A DNA stretch of 63,765 nt, filler included, from Hausera hauseri (GCA_046269625.1; 12 parts of 12 records of this genome joined end to end with filler, not necessarily neighbours in it), one strand, 5' to 3'. Shown: positions 37,101 through 51,206, counted from the first letter of the whole stretch. The notes: a model not told the origin generated them from the sequence alone. Numbers and translations: made by a program.

Positions 37101-39245
37101 AACTCCTTTTCGTCCGATAATGAAATTTTCCACCCAACATTCCGATTCACCAGTCGACGTCGTTTCGACAATTTCGTTCAATTTTTCCAGTCGCGGTTCG
37201 ATATAATAATCGAGTTTCGTCAGTTTCACACCGCACACTGCCGATTTGTTGGTACCATCGCAGTCATTGTTGCTGTTGTTCAAAACGTCTTCGCTAAACG
37301 TTACGTGTTTTATCGGTTTGCAATCCAAGATTTCCGGTAAATTCTTGACAGCAACTGATTCGTTTTCGTTATTGCGTTTTTCGTCGATTTGTGACGCTTC
37401 ACTTTCGTTGTTGAAATAGTCCGGGAAAATCTCCTTGATTACCGGATATGAATGGGATTCGCTCGATCGATGTGTTGCGTCCGGATTAACATCGGTAACG
37501 CTGTTTCGGTTCAATTCCTTCAGAGATCTGTCTACAAATGATGGAATACTGGCTTCGGTTTTCAGTCTATCCATGGAAAATGAACTTTCATTCAACGAAT
37601 TGTTGCTATTGATGGATTTCCGGGATTTATCCAATATGGACGGTGGAAGATACGTCCAACATTCGCGTTTCGTGAAAAATGCTCGATCCAAACTCATGTT
37701 TTTTGTCGACGGCGAATCGTCATCGTCAAATCCACTGAAGACTTTCGACGGGTTCGTTACGCGCAAATTGGAATTCAAGATTTTCCGGCGGACATTCGAC
37801 GAATTGGCTAATTTGTCTGAATCGTTTCGTTTGATGGCTTGCGATAGAATGTTCATACAGCTGTTGTTTGCTTCTGGCATTGCTGTTCTGTCATTCGGCT
37901 GGGGCGATAAGAACAATTTGTTAACGCCATACGGTCGTGGAGATATCAAATTGAGAATTTTCTGCTGCTGCAAAAAGGAATCGCCCTGATTACCGATACT
38001 GATGGTCATTGAATTGGATGGTATCGACGAAACAATCGGTGCGCCAATTTGTTGACCGGTACCAAACCCACCGAATGTCGACGATGTCTGTGCACCAAAT
38101 CCTGTGCATGTTGTTGATGAATTGCCGAATAATCCTGGTTTATTCGTCGCATTGCCGAATAAATTCGATGTGGTACCAAACGTTGTATTTTGTGGTTTCT
38201 GTTGGTTACCAAACAAACTACCTTGTTGAGGAAACAATCCGACACTCTGTGTCGTTGCTGGAGTCACACCAAAGCTGCTAGATGCCGGAAAAACGCTTGG
38301 TTTCGATGTGGCACCAAATGCATTTGTATTCTGTGCGAATGAACCAAACAAACTGCCACTTGTCGATGTATTATTAAACAAAGAATTTGTAGTACTCGTA
38401 TTACTGGGAAACGAAAACGCCGTGCTTGTAGAACCGAATTGCTTCGACGTCTGGCTGGAATTAAACAAATTTGCTTGAGGCTGTGACGTGTTAAAGCCAA
38501 ATGAAGAATTGGTGAACATATTAGCGTTTGATTGTTGCTGTTGTGGTTGGGATTGTGACTGGATTCCGCTGAATAATCCTCCGCCTGACTGAACAGGCTG
38601 TGCTGAACTAAACAACGTCGGTTGAGTCGACTGTTGACTCGTACCGAACATCCCAATGGAATTTGTCTGATTTCCAAATAGCGGTTTCACAGTCGATGTG
38701 TTTGAAGTGCCAAATAGAGATGGTTTCTGTTGATTATTGGCAAAATTCCCAAACCCGGAGCTTGTTGATGTCGTCTGGGTACCAAACAAACTCCCACTAG
38801 TACCACCGAAACTAGTTCTTGACTGATTATTAGTGTTTCCGAAGAACGTCTGTCCAGGATTGGCGAATGAATTCTGTTGTTGATTGCCACTAAATGCATT
38901 AGTCGACGGCAATGATTGATTATTAAAAAACGAAGACGGCTGACTAGAAGCAAAAAAACTCCCACCCGTTCCTTTTGTACCGCTTATTCTATTTTCATGA
39001 TAGTCTTCAACTCGAAGTTCTTCTAATGATTTCAATTCGTATTCTTTCATTGCTGTTATACATTGCAATTTCGTATTGACAACCGTCGAAATGTTGTTCT
39101 TCTGAATATTATCCTGACTAGGAACCGGATTGAATGTAATTGTTGTCCCCTTAACTGGTTGACCAAAAAAACTCGTTTGATTTTGAAAAAAATTTCCACC
39201 CTGGTTACTTGCCCCGCCAAACATATTCGAATTTTGAGTAAACAT
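34143..39245 (-). CDS. NUP98: Nup98-Nup96 nucleoporin precursor: exon 1 39245-34270 (with in-frame TGA at 34866-34868), 51-nt GT-AG intron 34269-34219, exon 2 34218-34143
   Basis: FG repeats; GLEBS motif CITAMKEYELKSLEELRVEDY; autoprotease domain ending WEFEVDHF/SKY; Nup96 motifs RKQSLSHW, LALLIAQAGG, LNWIQTFG, WHLSCIL. Spliced C-terminus DEKIICRSQIA resembles the Nup96 end. Confidence 0.95.
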
Positions 39246-39892
39246 TTGAAATATTTCTCAGGATATTTTATGGGGTCTTTTGTATTGAGCAACTTGTATT
39301 CAGAATTTAAACAAAAAACAATTGATACAAAAGTTGATTAAATGCGGTTATTTTATTGGTACTTATTTATTATATTTCCGCTGAAATGAAAATTTTTAAA
39401 ATTTTCTTTTGATCGGTGCTCATTAGAAAGATGTTGGATTGTTAATTTAAAATGACTGAATTTTAGTTTTACTAACATTATTTTTATAGAACGTTTAAAA
39501 TATTTAGGATCTTATTTACTGTTCTTAATCTAAAATATCAACTGTTTTGATACATTTTATATTATATGTTCTTTATAATATTCTATCATATAAGTGCAAT
39601 ATCTTCATTAAAATTAGACTTTCCAACAGTTTGTTTGGGAATAAGCGTGCTTTTTTCGAAGTTCGGTATTAATACCAATTCCTGTTCCGTCTACATTTAT
39701 CACGGTACTGTCACTGTAGGTATCAACTTCCAACAATAAAAATTTTCATATACTTAATACCATCAAAATTTTGTATCTACAATNNNNNNNNNNNNNNNNN
39801 NNNNNNNNNNNNNNNNNNNNNNNNNNNTTAATTAATTAANNNNNNNNNNNNNNNNNNNNNNNNNNNNNNNNNNNNNNNNNNNNACAGTCGAA

Positions 39893-39993
39893 AAGCAGGA
39901 AGAAAACAGAGGCCTACCCGCAGAAATATATACCTAATTCAGTGAAGCAGGAAGAAAACAGAGGCCTACCCGCAGAAATATATACCTAATTCA
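39893..39993. repeat. 49-bp direct repeat (period 52)
   Basis: AAGCAGGAAGAAAACAGAGGCCTACCCGCAGAAATATATACCTAATTCA at 39893 and 39945. Confidence 0.9.
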
Positions 39994-40299
39994 AGTTGTT
40001 GTTATATGCGTATGTCGTACAGTTTAAAATGTACTTACATGGCCTTCACCTTCCCAGATCCGAATCATTCTGAAATATCTATCTTAGTTAATCGACAGTC
40101 ATCACTGCACACGTAAGAAGTCCGTACGTGTTTCAACCTCTTCCTCAAACACACAGCGACTAACAGTTCCAGTTCTGTTGATTAATTAACTTTTTAGTAC
40201 CTCGAGCATGTCGCTCATATATGGCAGCACCGCGCTTCATTCCAAGTTTATGCAATCTGGAAAGGGACACAGAGATTCTCACACTGTGCAAGAAAAATA

Positions 40300-40510
40300 T
40301 ATCCAGCCAGTTTCGCGGAGGGCATTGATATCAGAACCTACAACAATAGCTTGACTGACCAATCTGTCTGCTTGTTCGTTTCCCCTGACCCCCTCATGGC
40401 CAGGTACGGAAATGATTCTGTGCAGCCCTGTCTCTCTGGTGGACTCCAACCACTACCTGCGACGACAGCCTATTTCAATGTTTGGGAGCATACTCATTGA
40501 GTCTCTGAGA
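40300..40510 (-). pseudogene. RNase H domain fragment of a non-LTR retrotransposon (I-group-like)
   Basis: Minus-strand translation DSMSML..WLES..VPGHEGVRGNEQADRL. Confidence 0.7.
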
Positions 40511-42454
40511 ATACACACATCAGAACACTCTGTTTATGTAGTTAAACGAACGCCTACGAACTCCATAGTCATACAACTAGTAGTCACTGCAAAAGCAACA
40601 CTGTTCTCTTTAATGGTTCTTCAATTAAACTGGCCAAAGTTGACACTCTCAACTCGCAGAATTTTCGTACATGTACTTGAATTAATCAGAATGAGTGTTT
40701 GTTAGGTTGTGCGAGTAAGTATAGTATCTTGAAATATAATAGAAATAGTTAGGTAAATGAACTTTGCTCACCAAGAGGAGCGCAGAAGAACTGATAGTTT
40801 GTGAGATGATCCACATCGATAGTATGTAGGTATCCAAATTAAAGTCATTTCTAACTTAACCACAGCGATTCAGAGTGAGACTGCGCAGTTTATATTAAGT
40901 AAAGTTAACCTGCCTAATCAAAGCGATCTATCCCGGCTATAACTCAACTAAATCTGTGAATTGCGAATTTGTAACAAGCGTCTGTAACTATATGCTAGAC
41001 ACATATAGAATTCGTGACGTTAATAATTAAATTAATGGCATCAGATAAAAGCAATATCTTATGTCGACAGTGATATTAATGAGAACAGAAAACGAAATTG
41101 TTATAGTTTAATAAACTGTGCAATAATTAAAGAGTTAGATGGGTATTGTTGATATTAGTTGGACTGATACAAGAAAAGTCAGTATATTGTTAATTATCTT
41201 CTGGGCCCTCCCCTATCCCAGGCCCCCAGGCCAGAGTCACATCTGTACCTCCTATGTGGGGGCCATGCACCCAGGTAGTGAACTTCCTTTTTATATATCT
41301 TGCAAAAACCCATAGCCGACTTAAGATAAAGTTAAATTTAGCAGTTTAGCTTTGTTTAGGGGAAGGGTCAACATCTTCGCACATGGATATATATCCATAA
41401 ATCTCCGTGCTCCTCCATTCTGGAGGATCTCAGCTCAGTGCACGTACTCACTTGCAACGGCAAAGACCGCGTTAAGTTGGGTAAATTATTTCTATAATTT
41501 TTCTAGACAGCGACCGTTAGGCCTACTCTTTTTCGATTTCCAACTGCCAACAATGTACACGGACGTCGGATCTCACCACTCAGAGATCGGGGGAATTTTT
41601 TTAACACAAGGGTATTTTTTCCTATCAGATCCAGGAGAAGTACTTTCACAGTGATTTCAACCCCTTTACCTCTAGCACTCGAGACGGACATCTTACCCCG
41701 TGATCACTAAGGCCCCACAGTCGGCTGTGGGGACCTAACGCCATCTCCACTTTCCAAGTGTTCGCAGCTTTCCTTAATTGACTGACTTATACGACAAGAA
41801 CACGGAATGGGTATGTAAACGACAGAAACAAAATAGAAAAAAGAAAACGGCAGAAGAAGGAGAAACATTACTTGAATGGGAAGGGAATATCGCAACGGTA
41901 CTTTGTTTACGAACACCGGCACCAGGTACAGTTACTCTTACCTTGACCAAATTTTACCTGTAGTTTTCTTATCTCCCCATGTGACTTAAATCTTTGATGT
42001 GAACCATTGTGATTAATCATTAAATCATCAAGTTAATCACAGTGATTATAGCGTTAGCTCCAGAATGGAGTTGTATTTGTCGATTTTAATATTCCTGAAT
42101 GTTATTTGGACAGGTAAGTTCGCTAAAAACTAACAGAAACACCTGTGAATGAAAGTTTCAGGGTCAGGAAGTAATGGACTTCTCTTCCGCCTTCTTCCAG
42201 GTTGTTTTAAAATTGTTGTATTAGTATCACAATATTTGCCAGAGATCTGGAGTTCGAGACTTGAGCGCCTAGATACACGGAAAATGTGTTAACATCTATG
42301 ATAAGTTGAATTTTAAAAAGAACTTAGATAACGATAATAAAAACAGATACAAATAAAATTGGCTAGTCGCAGCTCACAACCGTCTTCGTCACAGTTCAGG
42401 AACTACACCTACCCTGTTCTGTAATCTTTAGTTATAGCCTAGTTTCGGGTTGAT

Positions 42455-42777
42455 ATATTTCTTTCTGAAAACAAATTAACACCCAGTTGACGAAGATGTT
42501 GAGCAAGAAGACGCAGGAAATGGATAGGACATACACTGCAAAAACCCCCTACAAATTGTACTAGACATGCACCAACCTGGAATCCCCAGGGAAGCAGAAA
42601 TGTAAGAAGACAACGAATTACCAGGCACAGTAACTTAGAGCCAGATACAAAAAAGTTTGGGTACACCTGGAATCAGATAGAAAGAAAAGCCCAGGACAGG
42701 AAAGATTGGAGAACTCTTGTAAACAACCTCTGATGCACAAAAGGGTCGCAGGGATATGTAATATTTCTTTCTGAAAA
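42455..42777 (+). mobile_element. 5'-truncated RTE insertion (42472-42760) with a 17-bp target-site duplication
   Basis: RKWIGHTLQKP..TWNPQGSR..AQDRKDWR is an RTE C-terminus. ATATTTCTTTCTGAAAA at 42455-42471 and 42761-42777. Confidence 0.85.
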
Positions 42778-43399
42778 TACATGGCACAATTTTTCCTGCA
42801 GATTGCATACCATGGGGCCCTGTAAGAGTTGTAGGAGCTCAGGTCAGGCACACAATTCTTGTGTATGAGAGGCAGAATGAAAAAAAACACTAAAATAGCA
42901 TTACAGTAATAGTACGGAAGGAACACACAAATCCCTACTGGTTCATAAAACAGGGGCACAATACTTGTCTTGGATTGAACAAAACAGCTCCGATTTTTAT
43001 AACTTTAAACAACAGTTTCATAAATACCAATATCTCAAACTGTTTTAGTCAGTTCTGTTTTTTTTTTCCGCAGGCAAATCCAAGAATTCTGTAGTGTTAA
43101 AGTTGAGTAAATATATACACTAAAACTACTTTCTGATCACTATGATTGGATCTGTTGATCTCTGATAGATTTTGCCTTTCCTGTTTTTTAAAACATATTG
43201 CATCTTGCTGGAAGCTATCAGTCTTGTCCCAGTAATGTCCCACCTGTCTGATGTTTGTATGATGGCCACACCGGAACCTAGGCTCTGTACACTAAGGCTA
43301 AAATGTGAAAACCTCAAACTATAACTGTGTCGTGCTGTATTGCGCGTGTTGATCTGTGTGTATGTTTGTTTCTTGTACACGCATGAAATCAGGACGTTG

Positions 43400-44471
43400 T
43401 TTGCATGTCAGTGTGATAATATAGTCGAGTTTGCAGCGTAGATCACGAATGTTTAGGCGGACTATCTTGATTTCTGTAGTGCGGTGCTTCTTCTCTTCTT
43501 TCTCTCTTGTTTTTTTGCAAAAGCGATTAGTTTATTTCTTCCTGGCAGTTGTCTTCTAGTGCGACACAAGTTTGGGATGTGTGTCAGATAGTGTTCTGTG
43601 GTGCGAACGGTTCTTCCATGCAGAAGGTGATGTCTGCGGTATTATGTGTGTTTCTTGGGTGTCTGTACCCTTGCCAGGTATTTGTTGTTTTGCCCGGTAT
43701 ACTTGTGCCCGAGTTTGGTCTTTGCTGTTTTGTGTGTACACGGGACTTGACGGGCAGAGTTGTGTCGTCTCCTCTTCTTTCCCACTAGTGTGAAAGCACC
43801 TGCCAGGGATGCTTCTTCTCCGGGCACAGGAAGATTGACTCCAATTCAGACTCCTCCGTCGACAAAGCAGCTTTTGGTTGTGTCTTCGTTCTTTCCTTGT
43901 TGCTTTGGGCTTCGTTGCTGCTTTTTTGCAGGTCTTTCCCGAAAGTGATTTGGCCAGTGGTCGGTCTTAGCGCAGTGGGGGCATACAGTGCGTGATCCTG
44001 GCACAGTGGTCATTATTCTGTGTGCATTTTCTTGTGTCGATGAAATGTGGCTTGGACATCAACACCCACCTTTCGGAGGCCTTCACTAATCTGAAAATCT
44101 TACTGTTAGGATCTCCTGACGCCAGGGTGGCAATTTCTTTAGCCACGTGTTTGGTGATGGTGTTGGGCATCCAGTGAATATAGGCCTTTTCCCTGTCCTT
44201 CTCAACATGTTCTACTAAATCTGATAACATCTGGTCTCCATATTTGAAGCGTTTTCCATGGAGCCTGAAGTATTGCGCTATGTGCGCGTTGAGCTTTAAC
44301 GTGGCATAGTACTTGGTTTGACTCTCGAAACGGTATATAGAGGTTATCCCTCCTAAAGGAACTCCGCACGGTCCGGAAAGCTATTCCAGGATAGGTCACT
44401 CTACCCACCTGAGGTCCAGAAATTGTCAAGACTATGGTTTTTTTAATGGAGTTATCCTCCTTCAAAGGCAT
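43400..44471 (-). pseudogene. Decayed L1/Tx1-like ORF1 (RRM-like region plus zinc knuckle)
   Basis: AYIHWMP, and VPGSRTVCPHCAKTDHW resembling the (I/V)PGRxxxCxxCxxxGH knuckle. Low-complexity tail. Several frameshifts. Confidence 0.5.
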
Positions 44472-45689
44472 TTTAAAAGTTCAGATTAACTCTGAAAACT
44501 GGTGAGACCATTTTCACAGGCTGCGTTTTATATTCCACAATGGAAAGTTGAAGTATATGTTCTACTTTTCCTGAATGTATCGATATAACCCACTTGATTA
44601 AAACAATAAGGTTACAGTTCCTATGAATTGCTACACTTACGCATTTCAAAATAATCTAGCTAACGTGTTATAAGCACCGCCTTGATCATCACGGTATGCT
44701 CCTGGAAGCACTTGGGATTTTTTTCTCCTGGACCTTCTAGTAATAAATTATATGTACGTATGTATGTATGAAGCCATGGCGGCCCTATTGGTTAGCACAC
44801 TCGCTGATTTCAAGATCAGGTTTGGCCCACCTCTCAGCAGGTGCAACAGGGAAATTCTCTGGGCAAGTAAAGCCCGCCTGGTATTATTTGCTGACCACAT
44901 AAACCAAATATGTGCAATAGGTCATGAGGAAAAAAAATTATGGACACTAACTTCACTTTCTTTTATGTTTTTAGGCACGAATGACTATCTTAATTTTTTA
45001 ATGCATAAAAATAATTTGGGTAAGATTAGCCGCGACAGCATAATGATTTTATCTTATGGTTGTGGGGTCAATCCTAGCTGTGGCGGGTTGAATTTTTCAG
45101 ACCAAAATGGCTCCGGGGGTCCACACAGCCTCAATAAATAGGTACAGCTTTCCTACTGACAAGCCAGATCCAGATTCCATGACTTCTTCAAAGCCCAGGA
45201 CCCCATGGCGCAATACTTAATTGGGTGCTAATACTGACAATGTTTTGTTTTAAAGTTATTTTACTGTATTAAATACATGAAGTTGTTGCAGGCATAACTC
45301 AGATTTCATGTATTTATTTTAGAAAATATTATTTCCAAAGAAACATGCTTAAAACTATGGAAGAATGCATAGCTTTGACCTGATCGTGCATCTCTTAATC
45401 AGGTGCTAAAGTGATGAATTTTTACTTTAAAGTTATTTTTTTTTGTTAAACACNNNNNNNNNNNNNNNNNNNNNNNNNNNNNNNNNNNNNNNNNNNNTTA
45501 ATTAATTAANNNNNNNNNNNNNNNNNNNNNNNNNNNNNNNNNNNNNNNNNNNNTTCAATTTTACAAAATACATAAAATAAAATATTTCAATAGACTTAGA
45601 AAATACGCGAGTAATATCACATAATAAGCTTTTTAAATATAATATTCAAAATTTTGTTGTTAGCATGGGGTTAAGCACAAGCCTTGGCC

Positions 45690-46701
45690 TCAACATACGC
45701 ACATATTGAATAATTCAAAGGATTCAAATCCAGAGTGCTGGCTGGCCACGTTGCTGTGGACCAGAAATTTTGATGTTTTTCTCAAGCCAATTCTGGACAA
45801 AGTTCGAAATGTGAGCCGGAGCTCTGTCCTGCTGGAACACGATGTTGGTCTCCTTTGTGTAGTTGTAGTCAATCTAGAATTTGACATGATTCTTCAGAAC
45901 CGCCAGATACACTTCCTTTGTCACTTTTTTGTTCTTTCTGAAGAAGACTGGGGCATTTTCTTACCATCGGAGGAGACCAGTCCAAACATTATAACTGAGG
46001 CCGGATTCTTTGTCTGGAATACATGTTTAACATTGTCAAGGACATCCTTTGGGTCCTCCCTGCTGATATACCTCTCATTCCGTCTGTTGAAGGTAGAGTT
46101 GATGGTGAAGTCTTTCTCATATGTGAAAAAGATGACATGCATGCCTCTCTTCAGAATCTATAGCAACTTCTTACTTCTTTTCAGTCTGGCTTCCTTCTGG
46201 TTTGTTGTAATTAGTTGTCTCTTTATCCTGGCCCTTGACTTGGCCTTGAAGTCCTCCTTCACCACCTTTCGAATAGTAAAATTGCTTACCCGGCCTCCTT
46301 GGCCATCTTCCTCATAGACCTGACTGACTGCCTCCAGATCTTCTCACGAACGGACCTAATCATGGTTTTGGTCAAAACTGATCTTGGTCGTCCACTTCCA
46401 GGCTTTCTTCCGGCACTGTCTGTCTCTTTAAACTTGTTCAGAACCCTGGTTACAGTGATCCGGACACACTTCAGCGCATCGGCAATGTCCTTTATGATTA
46501 TTCCGGCGTGAAACATATCAACAATTGATTGATTTGAGGGCATTTTCATATTATTTTATTGATTGTTTACAAATTAAAATATGGAGTTCAAAAGTACTAT
46601 ATTTGAACCAAAGATGTCTCATTTGGTGGGAAATTTAAAAATTTTTATACTTTTGTACTAAGCACTTAAAATAATGGAGAGATTTTTAATCGCTGCCTGT
46701 A
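45690..46701 (-). mobile_element. Decayed Tc1/mariner transposon, DD37D/maT-like
   Basis: HTH ..GRKPGSGRPRSV.., FFTYEKDFT (FSDEK), TKNPASVIMFG, FQQDRAPAH. Terminus TA-CAGGCAGCG at about 46701. Confidence 0.85.
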
Positions 46702-47079
46702 AGGTTAATTTTTATAATCTTAAATTATACGTTAAATTATTCATTAATTTTGGTCTTTTGAAATTCTTTACACTTGTTACTTAGTGGTACATGTTAATAA
46801 TATTCGTTTTTCTTTTTTTCGAATAATTCTCAACCTTCAACGGTAATTGACTTACCGGCTTATCATTACGGTGTGGGTTCGGCAAGGTCCGGTGGCGTAA
46901 ATGGTCACCTGCGCTTGTGAATATAACGTGAATGCTAACACCCTTGGGTTGTAAATAAGTACAGGGATTGTCTTCCTGGTTACAACTGCAACAATCGCCA
47001 TCTAACATCACATAATCACCTTTAAACTTATAAGGCCGAAAAGTGCACGGCAACCTCTAGTATATGCCTTAATAACCTT

Positions 47080-48385
47080 TTGCTGTTTATTCTTATACAA
47101 TCAGCTAAAACAGCCGTAAAGGCTGTCTTCTTTACTCAAGCAACCATCAACACCAGACAGTCTGACGCACCAATGTCTTTCCTTGCTGACACCGGTTCCG
47201 CAATTTCTTCTCTTCCCCTTTCTTACGAAGCAACAGATATCAATATTGTTTCTCACAGCGCACATGCTGCTAACGGTCCACCTATCGAAACTGCTGGTGA
47301 GCGAAATATATCATTTAAATTACATTCTTTAAACAATGCTTTTTCGTGGCAATTCATTGTTGCAGACATTCAGAAGTCAGTTATAGGCTCAGACGTCCTT
47401 CAAGGCTTTGACTTACTTGTTAATTGCAAACGCAGAGTGCTGTTATCTCGCGAATATTATGCTAGGCTAACAAATACTTTAAATCGACCATTAACTCAAT
47501 TCATAAATCAACTGAAAACACTAAAATAAGAAGAAAAATCATGTTTCATAGCAAAAGCCCATAGTAACAAAAACAAACGAGGAAGGCGAAAAGGTGTCAA
47601 CATCAGTCGTACCTACTGAACTGATGTACCTCCAGTCTTACAATGTTTTATTGTCACACATTGCACGAATAAACTGCAAAAGTCTATAACTTTTAAACCT
47701 GCAGCTTCAACATTTTATACTATTTACACGAGTACACACGCTCTCGTGGAACAACGCCGTCGTGAACTCCAATCAGAAAGCCTCAGCATTGTTGAAGCTG
47801 AATTTTTGCAACTTGAACGAGAAGGTATAATCCAACGATCCATCTCTCCTTGAGCTTTGCCACTTCACGTAGTACCAAAAAAGACGGTACGTTTCGGCCT
47901 TGTGGAGGTTATCTTCGGCTCAACACCTTAACTACACCAGATAGTTACCCTCTCCTTATGATCTTTAACATATTCCGCAGATTAGATTGTAGAAAAATAT
48001 TTTACACCATAGATGTGCACAGTCGGTCCGATAGATATTCAGAAGCCCGCTATAACAACGTCATTTTGTCTCTCCGAGTGCAGTTTGGACTTCGCAACGC
48101 TGCCCAAACATTCCAGAGGCATATAGACTCTATGCTCTCATATTTTCCTTTTGCATTCTTATATATCGAGGACATACTGATAGCCTCCGGAGACAAAGAC
48201 CACCACACGGGGTAAATATGCACTATTCTTAAGCGCCTCCACGATCATAATTTCCAAGTGAACTGAAATAAATCTCATTTCTTTGCTCAATCAGTCAAAT
48301 TCCTGTGCCATGCCATTTCAGCGCAAAGGCATATACCACTGCTTGAGCGATTACATTTAATTCGCAGCACTGCTTATTCATTGAC
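47080..48385 (+). pseudogene. Gypsy (CsRn1-like) protease-RT fragment
   Basis: FLADTGSAISSLP, IGSD, KKDGTFRPCGGY, FGLRNAAQTFQR, YIEDILI. Confidence 0.85.
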
Positions 48386-49826
48386 TGTGAGGAGGAATTT
48401 AAACGGATATTAAGGTTTAAATTTAATTCAAAGGTAATTCAGTAAACAGCCAACAAAAAGTCAGGAAATTCAAAAAAGAAGGAAAACAAGGCTCATTTCC
48501 CGAATGAAGGAGATAAATGTTATATAAATTTTTATAATAAATATCTTATGGATAAATAAATCTTACAATTATCAAATGATGTTGAGGTCGAGGTGGTAGG
48601 GACGCAATCTACTCACATGGTGATTAACGCTTCAAGGGACTTCTTCGAGAAGAAATTGATGCTAAAAGAATTCCAGAAAGGTGACAACGTGGAAACCTTT
48701 ATTGAAAAATGCGAGAGATACTTCGACTTTATAAAGGTGTCCGAGGCGGATCGGGGAACGGCGGTCCTGTGCCTATTGGAGGACGAAGCACAAGAAAAAT
48801 ACAAATTGCTAAGCCAGAAGGTGAAAGGTTACCAAAACTGGTTGAGAAGGAACTTTACAAAACCCACAACGCTGTGCGGAGATCTGCGGGAGGCATTGGA
48901 CTACAGAATGAATGGGGCCGAACCGGCCGCCTACTTCAACAAAATCTAACAGCTGGTGAAGGGCATCCTTAGCCACAAAATAACAGCGGAATCTCTAACA
49001 GAGGAATTAATGATCCACTGTTGCTACATTCCAGAAATGAGAAAGGAAATCTACAACAGTGACGAAAAAAACATCAAACAAATCAAAAAAAATACGGAGA
49101 GTGGCAACAAAGGCGGAAGAAATAAACAGTCAGAGAATATACTAGAGAGGGTCGACGGAGTTATCTAGATGTGGTGGTACATAAATTTGACAAACCAAGA
49201 CAGGAAAGAAAAGATTTCAAACTGCACAATACGCAGGTAAAGAGTGGGATTAAATGCTGGTCATGCCAGAAAAACGGGTATGAAAGTCGGACATGCAACC
49301 TCGAACAAGCACCAAGATGTTTTGGCTGCGGGAAAGAAGGACATATTAAAAGGAATTTCCCGGAAAGAAAACCCATAGTATGCTATAGGTGCGGTCAACA
49401 AGGGCATATAAGACGAAATTGCATAAACATAAAATGCAATAGATGTAACAATAGAGGTCACAGGGAAGAAGAGTGCTATACAAAATTGGACAAGAGCAGA
49501 AGAGAAAAAATACGTATACCGACAATTTCAAGCGTGCGGGGTATGGTCAGAAAAGATATGGAGAGATGGCGAACAGCAGGCATGAATACGTTGCAAATAT
49601 TGATGAGGATGTAGAATCCATCACAGAGTCGACAAACACAAAAGGCAGAGCCTCGACAGAAGTGGAGCTAGTCGGGCATTACATTAAACAAATCGGAAGG
49701 CTCCCAAAATATTCAAAGGAAAATACAAAGTATTGAAGAAATAAAGGAAATAACAGAGGAAAAGGTACGGATGTTCATAAAGAAGAGAACATTTGGAGAC
49801 AGAAACGAAGTAGTACAAATTACGGA
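48386..49826 (+). mobile_element. Nested LTR element: about 182-bp LTR (48386-48567) plus decayed gag with four CCHC-type knuckles
   Basis: TGTGAG...CTTACA termini with TATA and AATAAA. Knuckles CWSCQKNGYESRTC, CFGCGKEGHIKRNF, CYRCGQQGHIRRNC, CNRCNNRGHREEEC. Confidence 0.72.
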
Positions 49827-50479
49827 NNNNNNNNNNNNNNNNNNNNNNNNNNNNNNNNNNNNNNNNNNNNTTAATTAATTAANNNNNNNNNNNNNNNNNN
49901 NNNNNNNNNNNNNNNNNNNNNNNNNNCTGACGAACAAATTGACGTTATAATTTCAAATGATCCAAAATTGATCACATATGGAAATGAAACCCATTTCACG
50001 AGGTTTGATCTGTCGACTGACGAATCGTTTTGTCACATTCACAGTATCAATGCAACATGTCGTCGTACTATCCTGAACCCAACACTGCCGAAAATTTGAT
50101 TCAATAAAATTTTGCAGCCCAAATGTCGTTATTCTTTTCATTTTGTTTTAATCAAAAATGCTGCCGAGAAAAAATGTTAAAATTCTAATGGTAGGTTACC
50201 TAAGATTATTTGGTCACCTTTGTGGTTGTATTTTTAGTTTACATGAATTACTGTCGAACCCGCGTAATATCATGCCGTCGGTTCCAAAAAAATATGATAT
50301 TAACCGAAAATGCACCTAATACCATGTTCGTGATAATAAACAGTAGTAAAAATATTACATAATAACGTCAATATACAAATCACCTAAGTCTTATTTTGTA
50401 CTATTTTTGAATTACTATTATGCATAAACAGAGAACAAAAATTCAAATTATTTATTTTTTAATTGATTCAAACCAGACA

Positions 50480-51097
50480 TCCGATGTTAATTGGCGTGAT
50501 TTCATTGAACTGTTTGAAAACAGCACGTTGCACCCGAATTTCCAATTGACTAAAATGCCGCCAATCTTGAAAAACGTTTGATAAATTTGTAAAGATTTCA
50601 ATTCAAACTTTGCAGCAGGTGTTTCTAAATCTAACTATTCATCATCAGTGGACTTATTGGAAAAGTCAATGGTTTTTCTTGATATTATACTTTCAACAAT
50701 TTTTTCTTCATTTATTGGCTTTATACACTAAATTTTAGTCAACATCGACAAAGCATTTAAAATTAAAATCACGTATAGTCGTTGTAAAGGGAATAACGTT
50801 GTCTAGCATAAATCCCTTATCGTCTTGATAAAAATGAGCTTTTCTGAAGCAGTTCGCTATTGTATCGGCAGTAATAATGTCCCAAGATTCTTTGACTAAA
50901 CGAAAACAGCTCAAAAGATCAATCGTGCGAAATAAGTAAATAGCAGAAACATGTTTTTTCGATAATTCAATTGTTGCCAGAAGTTTTAGGTAAATCAAAC
51001 GCGGATAATTACACTTTAAAGCACGAATGATACCTTGCTTACAGGGCTGAAACAAGGTTGTTACATATGGTGGCAGGAAAAGCTTAATGGAACACAA
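50480..51097 (-). pseudogene. pogo/Tigger DDE_1 transposase C-terminal fragment
   Basis: FLPPYVTTLFQPCKQGIIRALK..ESWDIITADTIANCFRKAHF. Confidence 0.85.
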
Positions 51098-51206
51098 TTT
51101 TTAACACAATGACTATAATAAAATATAATTCAAAAATATTTTAGTAAATGTTGTGTTTATGCACCGTAGTGAAGAAGATCAGTTATAGAATGAGCTAGCA
51201 ATACAA

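Noticed and set aside
36274-37989. Long plus-strand ORFs opposite NUP98
   Set aside because: Shadow ORFs with no recognisable motifs.
44765-44830. tRNA-like A-box sequence
   Set aside because: No cloverleaf or intact B-box; at most a decayed SINE head.
49927-50141. Possible mariner HTH remnant
   Set aside because: Too degraded to support confidently by eye.
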